Part shown: in pieces, positions 11,901-24,267 of the stretch
Position numbering within the stretch: position 1 is the first letter of the stretch
Layout: every line of letters begins with the position of its first letter
Source of the DNA: Eledone cirrhosa
Taxonomy: Eukaryota
Direction of reading: 5' to 3'
DNA: 64,000 nt
NCBI GenBank assembly: GCA_964016885.1
Contig: OZ024743.1
Location: 9,734,001-9,798,000 of the forward strand
Translations under genes and position numbers: made by a program
Notes under the pieces: generated by a model
Databases searched by the model: none
Told to the model about the DNA's origin: nothing
What the model saw: only the letters and a program-made list of their open reading frames with translations

Positions 11901-13210
11901 AGTGTGGGGTATTAAGCGAAGGCCTCTACTAAGGAGTGAGCGCTCAGGTGCGGAGAGGGGGAGGTCAGGGGGTATGGTGACAACAAGTGGTGGGGTTTGG
12001 CTGTGTGGGGGGAAGCGAGGGTGTGGTGAGGGGTGGGGTGGAGGGTGGAGATTGGGTAGGGGTGTGGGTCGAGGGAGGGGTGGAGAGTGGTGGTCTCATG
12101 GGGATGGGCGGGTGGTGGTGGATGGGGGTGGTTGGGAGGAGTGAGTGTAGCATGCGGGCTTTGGTGGAGCTGAGGAAGGAGAAGAGGTTGTGGTTGAGGT
12201 TTTGGATGAAGGAGAGGATGGCTTGGGCGAGGAGGGGGTGGCAGGTGGAGTTAAGGCGGAGGAGGGTGGGGGTCAGTTGGTGGTCAAGTGGGTGGAGGGT
12301 GGAACGGGAGGCGCGGATGGAGTTGCGCATCAGGAGGCGTGAGGATCGGGTGAGGATACGTTGCGTGGAGGGGGAAGCGGCGAGGGAAGGGTGGAAGTGT
12401 AGACGGAAGCCGAGGGGGATAAGGTGGAGGCGGAGGCAGTGGCTGAGGAAATGGATGTGGCTGGAGTGCCGGGTTTTGGCGAAGAGAAGGTAGGAGAGTT
12501 GAAGGGCAGAGGGGAGATAGCAGGGTGGGAGGAGGGGGGCGAGGAAAAGTTTGAGGCTAGTATGTAGTTGGTGGAGAAGGATCTCAGGCTGGGCATGGTG
12601 GGCGTTGGGTGAAAGCAGGGGGAGGGATGAGAAAGCAGGTGTGTGAAGCGGGGTGGAGTGAACGAAGGAGTGAGTGCGAAGGATAGGCAGAGACGGGGAA
12701 GGGAAAATGAAACAGAAAAACGTAAGGAGGGGAGAGTATACACAGGAAAATTAAAGACAAAAAATCATAAAGGTAAAAACACAGGCAATCGTGAACAAAA
12801 AATCATAGAAATAAAATTGTAAGAACACAGGCAAAGAATCATATACGGAAATAAACAAGTACAGTAACAAAATCAAACGAAGGTAATGCGTGGAAGGAAA
12901 GACCAAGTGTGGGAAGGTGTGTAAAGTTCAGAGAATGGTCACGGCGGATTAGATCGGGGTTGAGCCGGTAGTTAAGTTATGTTCCAAAGGAATGGAAGCC
13001 GTGTGAGCGTGTATTATATATAATGGAAAATTTGAACAGGAACAAAACAGAGAAGCAGTACAACGAATGTTTATTAATTTCACGCTCTGGAGAGTGGGGT
13101 GGTGGTGGGGAACGGCGTTTCGGGCATAAGCCCTTCTTCAGGTGAAAAGTGTGTGGGAAGAGAGTTCAAAGGGTGTGTAGGGGAGTGGTGGAGAGACATA
13201 TAGGGAAAAT
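8970..13210 (-). mobile_element. Penelope-like element (Neptune-like), frameshifted RT + GIY-YIG ORF with an upstream pLTR-type terminal copy
   Basis: RT motifs FTLDIKSLYT, GVAMGTRMG.NYANLF, RYIDD, FLDI, KPTDSHSYL..SSH (10165-11200). GIY-YIG end VGQTGRRLADRFTEHLRDIR..EQRTIF..GLN (~9890-10160). The N-terminal ORF starts near 12596. The 13020-13200 segment carries an HHR and AATAAA, and recurs as a truncated copy at 35308-35390. Confidence 0.9.
13112..13146 (-). ncRNA. Minimal hammerhead motif of the PLE pLTR (probably inactivated)
   Basis: CUGAAGA-A-GGGC(UUAU)GCCC-GAAA-CG-CC. The core and stem II are perfect, but the expected UH triplet reads CC and stem I is weak. Confidence 0.7.
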
Positions 13211-15826
13211 AAGTCGACAGCGAACTTGTCAGTTTAGTTGAAAGACTAATTATCATCAATTTTATTTAGTGTCAGCGGTTAATGTACAAAACATATAGAT
13301 ATCTCTGCGTGTGAGTGTGAATGTGTATGTGTTGTTAAATCCATTAATAATAGTAAAACATTTTGAACAGAAAATTGTCTCCTACAGTAGCCTCGGGTAG
13401 ATCAATACTTTGGTATCCGCTAATCTGTCTTGCTCTAGATACACTGTATATCATCTCTCCTTGCCCAACGGTCTAATCAGTTGTAGGAGATCGATCCTAA
13501 ATTATTATAGGAGCCTCATATCTGTAGAAGTCTTAGAAAATTTGATTTGAGTAAATGCTGAATAAATCAAATAAATTTCAAATTTTACAGGCGAAACAAA
13601 TCTATAACTAATAACATTAGACGGCAATTTCATAATATATAAAAACATATTTCATCAGATTTATTTTAATTTTAATTTACATAATATACATAACATGTGC
13701 ATTATATTTCAGCTGTTTCCTTATTACTCTCACCCCTTTTTGTTTGGTAATTTGGAACACTGACCTTGTATGTATCAACATAAATATGGTATGTCAGCAC
13801 ATTCTTTGAATGGATATAATTTTTCAATAATTTCTTCCTTGTATATAAAAAAATATATTTTTTAGCGTTTTCAAAACATTGTTGACAACATTGCAGAGAT
13901 TATATATTACAGCCCATTGCACTCAAAGTCTGAACCGCACAGTTAAACTTCGCTTTCAATCTTTCCGAGATCGATAAATAAACTTAGTTTGCAACACCTA
14001 ATCTGTCTCTCTATGTTCTGAGATCGAATCCCACATCATTTTGCCAGGATTAGTGATCAGTAGATAGCAATGAAAACACAATCTCCTTAATTCCAGCTTA
14101 CAAAGGGCTACTTTCCATCTCTTAAAACGTTAATAGATTATTATGATGACTATTATCATGAAAGCGGTTGCCTACCATGGTAATTGTAGTCTCCTCATCA
14201 GCTGTTATTCTGCTATCTGGTAATTCTGCGTCAAATGAAAATAAGTTATTCTAATTCATTATTAGCAATTAATTCCAATTTGAATGTTCAAGTATAATTC
14301 AGCTTTGATATCATATTTATGATAATTTAGTAACGAGGTTTATAATACGTCGAAACTTAAACGAGATAATGGTTTGATGCTTTTGTTGATGCAACTAAAC
14401 TATGTCTGAGTCATGAGTGTGTATGTGTGTGCGGAAATTCGTGAGCGTGAGTATGTATTTGTATGTATGAGTACATATATAGCTTATATGCAATATATAA
14501 GATTTCGAATAACGATTTTATTTTGTCTCAGAGGATTTTTAAGAAGACAATGATTTAAAATAAATCTGTAGTTACGAGATTCACATCTTAGGATGAAATC
14601 AAAATTTGTAACTATTCATTAATGTTTTGTGGAAGTGACCGACACTGCAAAGTACCACTGATCTAACATGAGATTAGGCAAAAAGGAAAGAAAATCATGC
14701 ATGTTGCAGCAGCCAACTAAACAGAAACAAGTCTCGGCGACACCAGACCGAATGGAATTAGAAAGGACACATTAAAAGCAATATATTATTTTATAATTTT
14801 ACTTCAATAAATTGAAGCAAATTTGGTTTAATCGTGGTATTGAACATATTTCACTTTAGCTGGGAAGTACACTGTAAAATGTGTGTAAAACCGGAAAGCG
14901 ATTCGTTAAATAATTTCTAACAAACTTGAATATTCAACTAATGCGACCAGCTGCGGCTAAATCTTAATCTTAAATTCTACGAAGAACACTTGCAGCCATT
15001 ATTCGTCCATGCATATTGCTATTTGTTGTAGTTGCTATAGCATTAACCATTTACTTCAGAAACTCGAATTAATTGGATAGCTGTGAGAAGAGGATGGGGA
15101 TCGTTTGGCATACAGATAGGAGTTGGAAAGACGTAGGGGGGATTAAGAATATAATTATTGCTAACAACTACAATTTGTTGGGTCAGTTAATGAAAATGTT
15201 TCCTATGGATATCATTTCTGCGTCTAGCGTGAATAATAGAAATGAATTCAGCCTGATACACGAGCTTTGGAAGTAATCTGAAAACGCTGAATCATCCAAA
15301 ATAATAAGTTTTATGAACTGGCGTTGCTCGATAGACCCATGAAAGGAAAAGATAATCATCTACATTATAGTGCATACACTTGTTTGAATTTATATATTAT
15401 ACAAACCACAGGTGGCCTTCGGAATTGAATTGAAAAGCCGACATGTTTATGTTAAGATACTTACCAACTATTTTGGCTTCTTTAATAGCATATCATCCGC
15501 TAAAAGGTATCTACATTTTAGGCATTGTGGTTGCAAAACGTGTAATACTACACACACACACACATACAGGCACAGACAGACACACACACAGATATATATA
15601 TATATATATATTTCTTTATTTACCATAAAGGCATAAAAAGAAGGGACAAATACAAAGGGGGGGGGTTTACATACTATCGAGTAAAAAGGGTATAAAATGA
15701 AAATAATCGAAAACAACCTCAAAAGGGAGGGGACGTGATGGGGGTTGCACACACCCCGAAAAAGTGTGCAATCCTTTGCCCGGGGAGCACATGGAGAAGG
15801 TGCTCCCCTCTCCTTCACTTCTTTAC

Positions 15827-18800
15827 CTACAGGATGGTATACAGAAAAGGCCTATTTACACGAGCCATTCTCGCCACTATCACCCACCTTTCATAGAACT
15901 GCCTGTGGCCAAGCACCTCTCTCTCCATTCTTATCCTTCTTCCGAAGTGATATCGGAAGAAGTAGACCAGACTATGGCCAGAGAGGAAGTTGCCTGACCT
16001 CAGACCTTTCAATCGTGTCCACCAAACAACCTCTTTCAACATGGCTATTACGCACAGAAAACCGCCTTTGCTTCCTTTGTGAAGAGGGGGAGGCGGCTTG
16101 ATTGTCATCACGGACTCGGCGGTCAATCGAATCGGTGCCACCCGCGACAGCAGTCGTTCGGCGTAGCCCCACAGATCAGCCACGCCCGGACATTGCACCA
16201 ATGCGTGCGCAACGGTTTCTTCGTGACGCACGCATCTAGGGCAAATATTTTTCGAGGGATTCCTGCCCGGGCGCCCGTGTCTGTAGAGCCTCTCTCGAAC
16301 GGGTAGAGCCCCCCGGTAGCACTGCCAGGCCAGTGACTTCTGGAAGTTGTCCATTGGTCCCGGGCCGAAAGTCCTACCGAACAGGCTAGCCAGTTCGTCC
16401 TCTTCCATGTCCAGCGACTTTCCAAGGGTGTCATCGCCCCTGCTAGCCACCAGCCATCTATAGAATGATGAGGTGGATTCTCCACCGATGGCCTGGCCCG
16501 CTTGCCAGAGAGCCCTGAGCGCCTAGGCACACTCAGTGTGCCAGTCTCCCAGTTTTCCGGATCTTTGCTTGATCCAGGACTGCAGCTCGGTGAGCGAGAC
16601 GAGTCTCGGAAAGGCTCGTTTCACGAACGGAGCCCACACCGGTTGACCAGTGAGGAATACCTGTAGGTGCCGTAGCCTTAATGCGTGCCTACGCATCATC
16701 AACCACGGCATCCCCAGCCCTCCTTTCGAAGGTTGTTGGCAGCAGATGGATCTTCTTACCATAGGAGGGCGCTTCTTCCAAAGAAATTGGAAGAACATGC
16801 GTTCCATGGTGGTGAGTGTTTCCTTAGGGCAAGGCACGACAGTCAGGCAGTAGTAAGTGACGGACGCTATGTAAATGTTCGCCACCTCCGCCCGGCCTTT
16901 TAGGGACAGCTTACACTTGGCCCATTTCTGGGTTAGTGCAAACACCTTGTTCGTAACCTCGTCCCAGTTCTTTTCCACCTGGAGGTCCGGTCCAAACCAG
17001 ACCCCACGCAACTTCACCGGGCCCTCCGTCCAGTGTCCGACGACACCGTCGGGAGGCATCGGTCTGCCTCTCCACGTTCCGAGTTGCAGCCCGATGGATT
17101 TTTCCAGGTTCAGTTTCGCTCCTGACAACCTTTCGTAATCCTCCAGTAAGGTACCGATCGCCTCGATCTCCGAGTCGGTCGATACCATTACTGTTACGTC
17201 ATCGGCGTAGGCCGACACCGCTTTGCTCAATCCTGGTTCCAGGGGGATACCCTGCAACAACTCCAACTTCCTCAGTAAATGCTCGAGAGTCAATACGTAC
17301 AGAAGGGAGGAGAGAGGGCACCCCTGTCGAATGGATCGTGTGATTTCGAACGGCTTCGAAAAGTAGCCGTTCACCTTGATCCTAGAACAGATGTCGTTGC
17401 TATGTAAGGCAGTGATCCAGCCTCTGAAAACAGGACCGAACCCAGCCGCCGCTAGCACCGCATCCAGGTAACCATGGTGGACCCTATCGAAGGCCTTAGA
17501 CTGATCCAAGTTGATCAGGGCCCCACCGAAGCCGGGTTTGTTGCCAACCCTATGATGTATCGCATGAGGTGGAGGTTATCGTGAATGGACCTGGATGGGA
17601 TAGCACATGTCTGCGCATCTCCCACCAGGCCACCCACGACAAGCGCCAACCTCTTTGCTAACACCTTGGCCAAAATCTTTAACTCTGTGTTTAGCAGGGT
17701 TATGGGCCGAAAATTATTTATACTATCCCCCTTGTTCTCGTCCTTCCTCACCAGCGAGACTACGCCCTTGGCTACAGAACAAGGAATTCTCCCGTTCTGC
17801 TGCCAATTGCAGTAGACCGTTTCGAGGAGTTCGGAGAAGAAGATCGGCATTGCTAAATAAAGTTCGTAGGGTATACCATCGAGACCTGGAGATTTGCGTC
17901 TACTGCATTGGCTCAGCGCATCCCCGATCTCATCAGCCGAGATTGGTCCCTCGCAGGACTCTGCCTCTTCGCTCGAGAGAGGCGGCAGGCCGTCGAGGTA
18001 TGGACCGAAATCCACGTCCCCGCCCGGACCCTCGCCTCCCCCGAATAATCGGGCAAAGTGCCTTTGAAAGGCCTCGCACATCTGCTTAGGCTTCCGGATC
18101 ACCCGTACATCCTCGTCTTGCAAAGACCGGATGGTGGATCGATTTCCACTTTTAGCTTCTGTCACGCGGGCCCAGCCAACGGCTCTGGCCCCCTCATTAC
18201 CTAGAGCACGTATTTTACTTCGAATGACGCAGCCTTCGTGCTTTGCATCGAAAAACTGGTTCAAGGTCGTCCTCGATGCCAGCACTCTGGCCACATCTTC
18301 GCTCTTGATTGCCTCTTCTAATTTACCTGTTAATTCTTTCTCGTTTCTATTCTTATCGGCAGCTAAAATCTTGCTATAACTTATTGATTCTGTTCTAATC
18401 TCTCTTTTTAGAGATGCCCACCATCGGTTGTTGACGATTGCACCCGTCAACCTCTTCTTAACTAATCTGCTAATCCGGTTTCTGTAAGTCTCTTTTGCCG
18501 GTCAAGACAAATTAAGTTTCCAGTAACCGGGACCCTGTTTATGTGTTTTCTCGAGATTGACTACGCAGGTCACTAATTTGTGATCCGTATAGCCAACCGT
18601 GAGCATTTCTGGACAGCTTAATATGTCCCTATCCTTACTTCTAACTAAGAATCTATCTAAGTACGATCTAGATTGACCACTATGGTTCGTCCAAGTCCAG
18701 GTTGGCACAGTTGGAAAATCTAGTCGATATCTATCGACCAAGTTAAAACGGTCGAGTAACCCCTTGAGGCTGTTACACCCCCCTCTATTAGGACATGCTC

Positions 18801-19260
18801 CTGCATAGTCCCAACGTGCATCTAGGATGTCATTCCAATCTCCCGCTAGAAGAAGGGAACGCGACGTTCCCAGAAAAGTCTCCAAACGCTGGAAGAAGTC
18901 GGGCCATTCAGCTCCGAAAGGGGAGTAGACGGCGACCAGTCTCAAGGCCGCACCTTCACTACTGCCAACGTCTAGCACCAACAAACGACCCTCCGGGTCC
19001 GAGTGAACAACCTGTACGGCGAGACCCAGGTGTTTTTCGAGCAGTACGACAACCCCACCCCCACCTCCAGGTTGACAGAGAGATGCATGCACCTCAAAGT
19101 CATCGAAGGTAGGGGCCAGCTGCCGCACGACGCTGATCCGAGTCTCACAGATAACCATTACATTTATACCACGTGACCTGAGGTCATTTAGAAGCTTTGC
19201 TTGCTTCCAAGTTGAGCCCAGGCCACGTGCATTCAAACATCCTATTCTTAACACATCCAT
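15827..19260 (-). pseudogene. L1/Tx1 ORF2 (AP endonuclease + reverse transcriptase), disrupted
   Basis: APE motifs LNARG, ETR, GDWN, SYLDRF, TDH. RT motifs KSPGLDG, RPITLLN, DQSKAFDRV, RQGCPLS, AYADD. C-terminal CPRC..ETVAHAL..C. In-frame stops at 18502 and 16523, and one frameshift near 17520-17550. Confidence 0.9.
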
Positions 19261-19293
19261 GTGGGCGGCAAAGCCAAAGGAGAGTGTAGAGAC

Positions 19294-20973
19294 CTACCTT
19301 TCTGCTTCCCGGGGTTCGGGTCGCACGACTTCCATGGGGTCGGGGGTGTTGGGTGAAGGGGTGTCTTGTGGTGGTGGGGTTGGGGTGTTTGGAGTTGTGT
19401 TGGGGAGGGGAAGGGGAGGGGGAAAGCTTTTTAGTAGGACGCGGTTTATGGGTTTGACAGAGGTTGGTCCTACGTCCTCCTTAAAATCCTTTTTTAGTTT
19501 TTGGTAAAGGTTCATTGGGATCTTTATTAATTTTAAATGTGGGTAGTTTTCTGAAGAAACAAAGTTTACACCTTCGGTTTGTACCGAAGGATTATCGTTT
19601 ATGAGTTCATTTAATTTATTATTATTTCTGTTGATGTAAGTATAGTGTAATGTCTTTTTTTCGGATGGTGTGAGTGTTTCGAAGAGGGGAGGGGCAGGTT
19701 TGGTTTTGTTTGTTGCTGGAGGGGTGTTTTGTGTTTTGTTGGATTGTGTTGACATTTGGGTAGGGGTTGTTTGGCCTTGTGTGTTTTGCACATGTTTTCT
19801 TTTTTTCCTTTTAATCTGTCTGAAGGACTCCGTTTCTTCCTCCGAATTCGTTGGGTTATCTTCAGTGTTGGAGGGAAGAGGTATGTTTGCTGGTAATGTT
19901 TCCGTGTTGGTTTTCTTTGTGGGGGAGATGGATGTCACTATGTTAGACTGTGTTGTGTGTTGTGGCTGTGGTGGTTGTGTTGTTTTATTGAGTGGGGGGT
20001 TGGGTGGGACTGTATTTTGTTTTTGGGTAATGTGTTGTGACTGTTTGTGTTGTGGTGGTGGTGTAGTTTTACTGAGGGACGGGTTGGGTGGGACTGAGTT
20101 TTGTTGTTTGTTTATCTGTTGTGGTGGTGGTGGAGCTGGTGTTGGTAGCAGGGTTTTCTTTTTGTTGAGTTGGGGACAAGCCGCCTTCAGGTGCCCTCTG
20201 CCTGCACAGATATGACAGGACGGCCTTCTCCCCTCCACGCTAATGTTTATATACCCGTGGCCCTCTAATAGGATTCTGTTGGGTATTTGGGCGATGCGTT
20301 CAGGCTTCATTTGCACTAAAAGTTCTATACCTGTTCCACTGAACGCATTGCCTGTGGTTTTCCCAATGGAAATCACGTTGTCATTCGCTGGATCGATGAA
20401 GCCAGCTATGAGCCAGCAGTAGTCCACATCTGGCATCATTGCATCCAGCCATATGCGCTGAGTTCTTTTACCCATATAAGATGGATAAAAGGTAAAATTT
20501 GTCGAACGAATCGGTGACAAAGCACATTTTTTTGCCACCGATTCCTTCTTCATAATAATCGCTAGGCTTCCATACAGTCTGTCTTTTCTTATGAAAGTGG
20601 TTTCATTAAGTACTTCTGTAAGTACTGCTTTGATTTCTGTTTGTGTTGGCTGATGAGGTTTTTTAGAAATGTTGTTGATGGTGCAGAAAACGACCGTCCG
20701 ACTTTCAATGTCTTTGGTGAGTTCTTGAGGCATTTTTACCGATAAAATACCATTTTCCCCTTCAGTTATGTATTGTTTGGCGTCTGTAATTCTTTGTGCC
20801 ACATCTGAAATATTTTCAGGTATATATGTCAAAGATTTCTTTGTTGTTTGTGCAAATGAAATATTATTGATGTTGACTTTGTCGTCTGCTTTGCTTTCTG
20901 TTATGATGTTGTTTTCAAATGTTATTTTTGTATTTGTCGTGTCTTTGTTTGTGGTATTAATATTGTCATGCAA
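19294..20973 (-). CDS. L1/Tx1 ORF1 (gag-like nucleic-acid-binding protein)
   Basis: 559-aa open frame with a CHICAGRGHLKAAC zinc knuckle and a Pro/Gln/Thr-rich tail, immediately upstream of ORF2. Confidence 0.8.
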   Translation of the reverse strand: MHDNINTTNKDTTNTKITFENNIITESKADDKVNINNISFAQTTKKSLTYIPENISDVAQRITDAKQYITEGENGILSVKMPQELTKDIESRTVVFCTINNISKKPHQPTQTEIKAVLTEVLNETTFIRKDRLYGSLAIIMKKESVAKKCALSPIRSTNFTFYPSYMGKRTQRIWLDAMMPDVDYCWLIAGFIDPANDNVISIGKTTGNAFSGTGIELLVQMKPERIAQIPNRILLEGHGYINISVEGRRPSCHICAGRGHLKAACPQLNKKKTLLPTPAPPPPQQINKQQNSVPPNPSLSKTTPPPQHKQSQHITQKQNTVPPNPPLNKTTQPPQPQHTTQSNIVTSISPTKKTNTETLPANIPLPSNTEDNPTNSEEETESFRQIKRKKRKHVQNTQGQTTPTQMSTQSNKTQNTPPATNKTKPAPPLFETLTPSEKKTLHYTYINRNNNKLNELINDNPSVQTEGVNFVSSENYPHLKLIKIPMNLYQKLKKDFKEDVGPTSVKPINRVLLKSFPPPLPLPNTTPNTPTPPPQDTPSPNTPDPMEVVRPEPREAER

Positions 20974-21407
20974 TTTTTCAATTTTTTTTTTTTCGTTGTT
21001 GGAATCAATGTCCAGATTTGTGTTTTCGTCATTTTTCTCCGCAGATTCGTTTTTTTTTTTTTTCTTTCCTTCTCTATGACGTTAGTTGGGAAGGAAGGGC
21101 GGACTAAAGCGTGCGAGCTAACAACTCTTACCGCTGTCCCCCAACCACTATTTTCGTTAGCTTCGTTTAACATTTCTGTCAGACGATTGAAATTTTTTAT
21201 GCCACAAAATTTTTAAAACAGGTTTTTCACCCCTGGGAGGGGCAAAGATGAGCTGACCCACCGCCTGACAGTTCAGACGGGGGGGGGGGTCAAGCTACAC
21301 AATAGTATCAAAATTAAAATTGAACTTACAAAATTACCGCAATAAATTTGAACAAAACTTCTGCGGGAAGTGAATTACATCTACGCTGTAGAACAGACGA
21401 CAGCTAG

Positions 21408-21489
<82 letters not shown>

Positions 21490-21919
21490 GTGATTGGGTA
21501 TTTATAAGTGACGGTTCGCACGAATAGCTGCCGTTGTTGATGCAGAAGATCATTTACCATAAGTGTACGTAGACGTAGGGAATGTCATGCTACCATTAGT
21601 GGAATTATAAATTAACAGAATGGTCAGCTTACGTAGCAAATATAGAAAAGAGAATCGTGGATTGTAATGTAGAATATTTTAAATAAAATTAAATATATGC
21701 CTGACACATTTAATTAGGTTAGAATAATTAGAACTCAGATGTCAGAAAACATATGAGCTATATTCCTTATATTTGCATTATCTGAAGTAAAGCTATTCAT
21801 TAGGTCCAGTATGGTGATTCGTTTTAATTGTTTTTCCACAGCTTTAGGGAAACATATTAACTTGCGGGATCCTAATCAGACTTCGTGTTTTTGCATCTCT
21901 GTGTTTGTGCTACTTCTTA

Positions 21920-21979
<60 letters not shown>

Positions 21980-21980
<1 letters not shown>

Positions 21981-22353
21981 ATTATCCACGGTTAGTCTGC
22001 ATGAAGAACTCAATGTAATCCATATGTTGATAATGTTGTAGGTTAAAATAAATCCCGGAAAAAAATCATCAAAAGGAAAACAGAGTCATGATATAAGTTA
22101 AAACAATGAAATAAAAATTCAAGTCATTAGGAAAATACGTCACTGCTTTACGATCGTTTCTAGGTGATAATAATACATCATACGTATATTTTGTTATCGA
22201 TCTATGTAAGGTTTGTTACAAAATATCAGATAAGGAGAATATTTACCTACTTGTATATCATCAGCTGTTGTCAAAAGCAATTATTACCTAGAAATGATCG
22301 TAAAGCAGTGAAGTATTTTCCTAATGACTTCAATTTTTATTTCATTGTTTTAA

Positions 22354-22356
<3 letters not shown>
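21980..22356 (-). mobile_element. Short non-coding PLE-like end with partial inverted duplication; second copy at 32995-33420
   Basis: About 270 bp is shared with 33145-33420 in the opposite orientation. Both copies are foldbacks flanked by (TA)n and contain cctaGAAACGATCGTAaagcag. Confidence 0.6.
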
Positions 22357-22426
<70 letters not shown>

Positions 22427-22478
22427 AGTAAGTCAAACATGTAAAATTTGGCTTCGTTTATATTAAATTATAGATTTT

Positions 22479-22531
22479 CTGCTATATATATTTCGGTGAC
22501 AGGTATTATTGGCCGTGACCTCTTCAGACAG
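22479..22531 (-). ncRNA. Type I hammerhead ribozyme
   Basis: CUGU-CUGAAGA-GGUCACGG(CCAAUAAUA)CCUGUCACC-GAAA-UAUAUA-UA-GCAG. Stem I CUGU/GCAG, imperfect stem II, palindromic stem III UAUAUA, triplet AUA. Runs into (TA)n about 55 nt downstream. Confidence 0.7.
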
Positions 22532-22661
22532 TCCGAATTGGCGTGGAAAAGACAGGTACATATGTTGTTGAAATGTGTTCCACTCTGTCAATACATCGAC
22601 ATGTCCAGCTCCTTGGTGTGTTGTTAATCCTCCGAGGAACTGGAATCATATATGAGTGGAA

Positions 22662-23560
22662 TCATATATGAGTGTGGTCAACTTTCACGGTGTGGCTCAA
22701 TGAAACATTTAATTAAGCAAATAATTATTAATCAGAGCTATATATAAAATTGAAAGTTTGAAGAATTATTAGATAAACTATATCCAGTCTTTCTTCACCC
22801 TTGTCCGTAGAAATCAACTAGATAAATAATCATTTAAACGGGCTATAAGTTTAAAATATAACTATGAAGAAATAAAAGACACATGATACAGACTATTTTC
22901 CGCAAGGAAAGTTTTCATTGAGACACACCGTGAAAGGTAGCCACACTCATATATGTATCTGTGACTATGTCTAAATATATACATATATCCCTATGAATTT
23001 TATATATACTCCCGTTCGGTAGAGTAAAACTTTAGGCAGTATCTGGCTGCTTTTTCTAGCAGCCACCCTACCTGCCATCTGGCCACCAGTCACAACCTTC
23101 TAATTTGACCATTAGCCATGTGATGATTCTTAGCCATTTTTTAATTCATTTCTGGCGGAGACCACTGTAGAAATTTTAGTCCAAACCTGAGGGATCTCTT
23201 GATAAGCTCTAAACCTCATGGACAATACCAAGATCAGATATATCCACAAAGTACGAGCGAAACTATCGATAGTCGGGAGGAGAGGAATTTTGGTAAAGTT
23301 TATATGCTTTTTTTCTTCTAACTTATATTTTAGACTTAGCTCCGTTTAATTAATTTATACGGGCTAAGAGGAAAAACTAGATAAATTTTATCTGACTGTT
23401 CCTCGCGGAAAATAGTCTGTATCGTTTGTCTATTATTTCTTCATAGTTACATTTTAAACTTATAGCCCCGTTTAAATGATTATTTATCTAATTGATTTCT
23501 ACGTACTAGGACGAAGAAAGACTGGATAAATTTTATCTAATAATTCTTCAAACTTTCAAT

Positions 23561-23568
<8 letters not shown>
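22662..23568. repeat. Overlapping diverged inverted repeats
   Basis: 22742-22910 pairs with 23398-23568, and 22662-22707 pairs with 22913-22955. Confidence 0.7.
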
Positions 23569-23591
<23 letters not shown>

Positions 23592-23596
23592 GTGTG

Positions 23597-23682
<86 letters not shown>

Positions 23683-24267
23683 CGTGCGTGCGTGTCTGTG
23701 TTTGTGTGTATGTATGTATATAATATATATATACATATATATATATATACATACACAGTTATAATATTATATATATAATCATTACAATTAGATGATATGA
23801 AGAATTATCGTTGTAAGTACATTTATCTTATTATATATATATGTAATATAAGATAACATGTACTTACAGCCATAATTCTTCATATAATCTAATTGTAATG
23901 ATTATATATATATTATAACTCATAATTTAGCTAAATATTTTTAAAAATTCTGGAATCATATTCCACCACTCCAACAAACTCTTAATTCTTAACATTTCAA
24001 TCTTTTTAAATTCACGTACATTATAGTAATATAAATAGAAGCTTTTCTTTCTTTCTTCTTCCTATATATACATATATATATCCTAATAATTATTTAAATC
24101 TACCTAGCGTCTAAAAATAAGTTTTTTTTCAGCCCTACGCCTCAACCTCATTTGCATATTCATCTAAATAATTTGAAATATTTGTTTTTTTTCCTCTCTT
24201 CCAGGTAAAATTTGAACCGTTAAGGTCTTATTCCTTGATATGTAAATATTTATAAAAACAAAATTTG

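Larger units (their letters stand above)
15611..21409 (-). mobile_element. Near full-length L1/Tx1-clade non-LTR retrotransposon
   Basis: ORF1 with a CCHC knuckle, then ORF2 with APE, RT and a C-terminal Cys motif. AATAAA lies near the 3' end, and both ends abut (TA)n. Confidence 0.9.

Noticed and set aside
9214-12493. Gly/Val-rich plus-strand ORFs
   Set aside because: Antisense shadows of the C-rich PLE strand.
14174-14223. Possible 50-nt minus-strand exon (cag|..LPDSRITADEETTITM|gtaggc)
   Set aside because: An isolated splice-like pair with no partner exons or recognisable homology.
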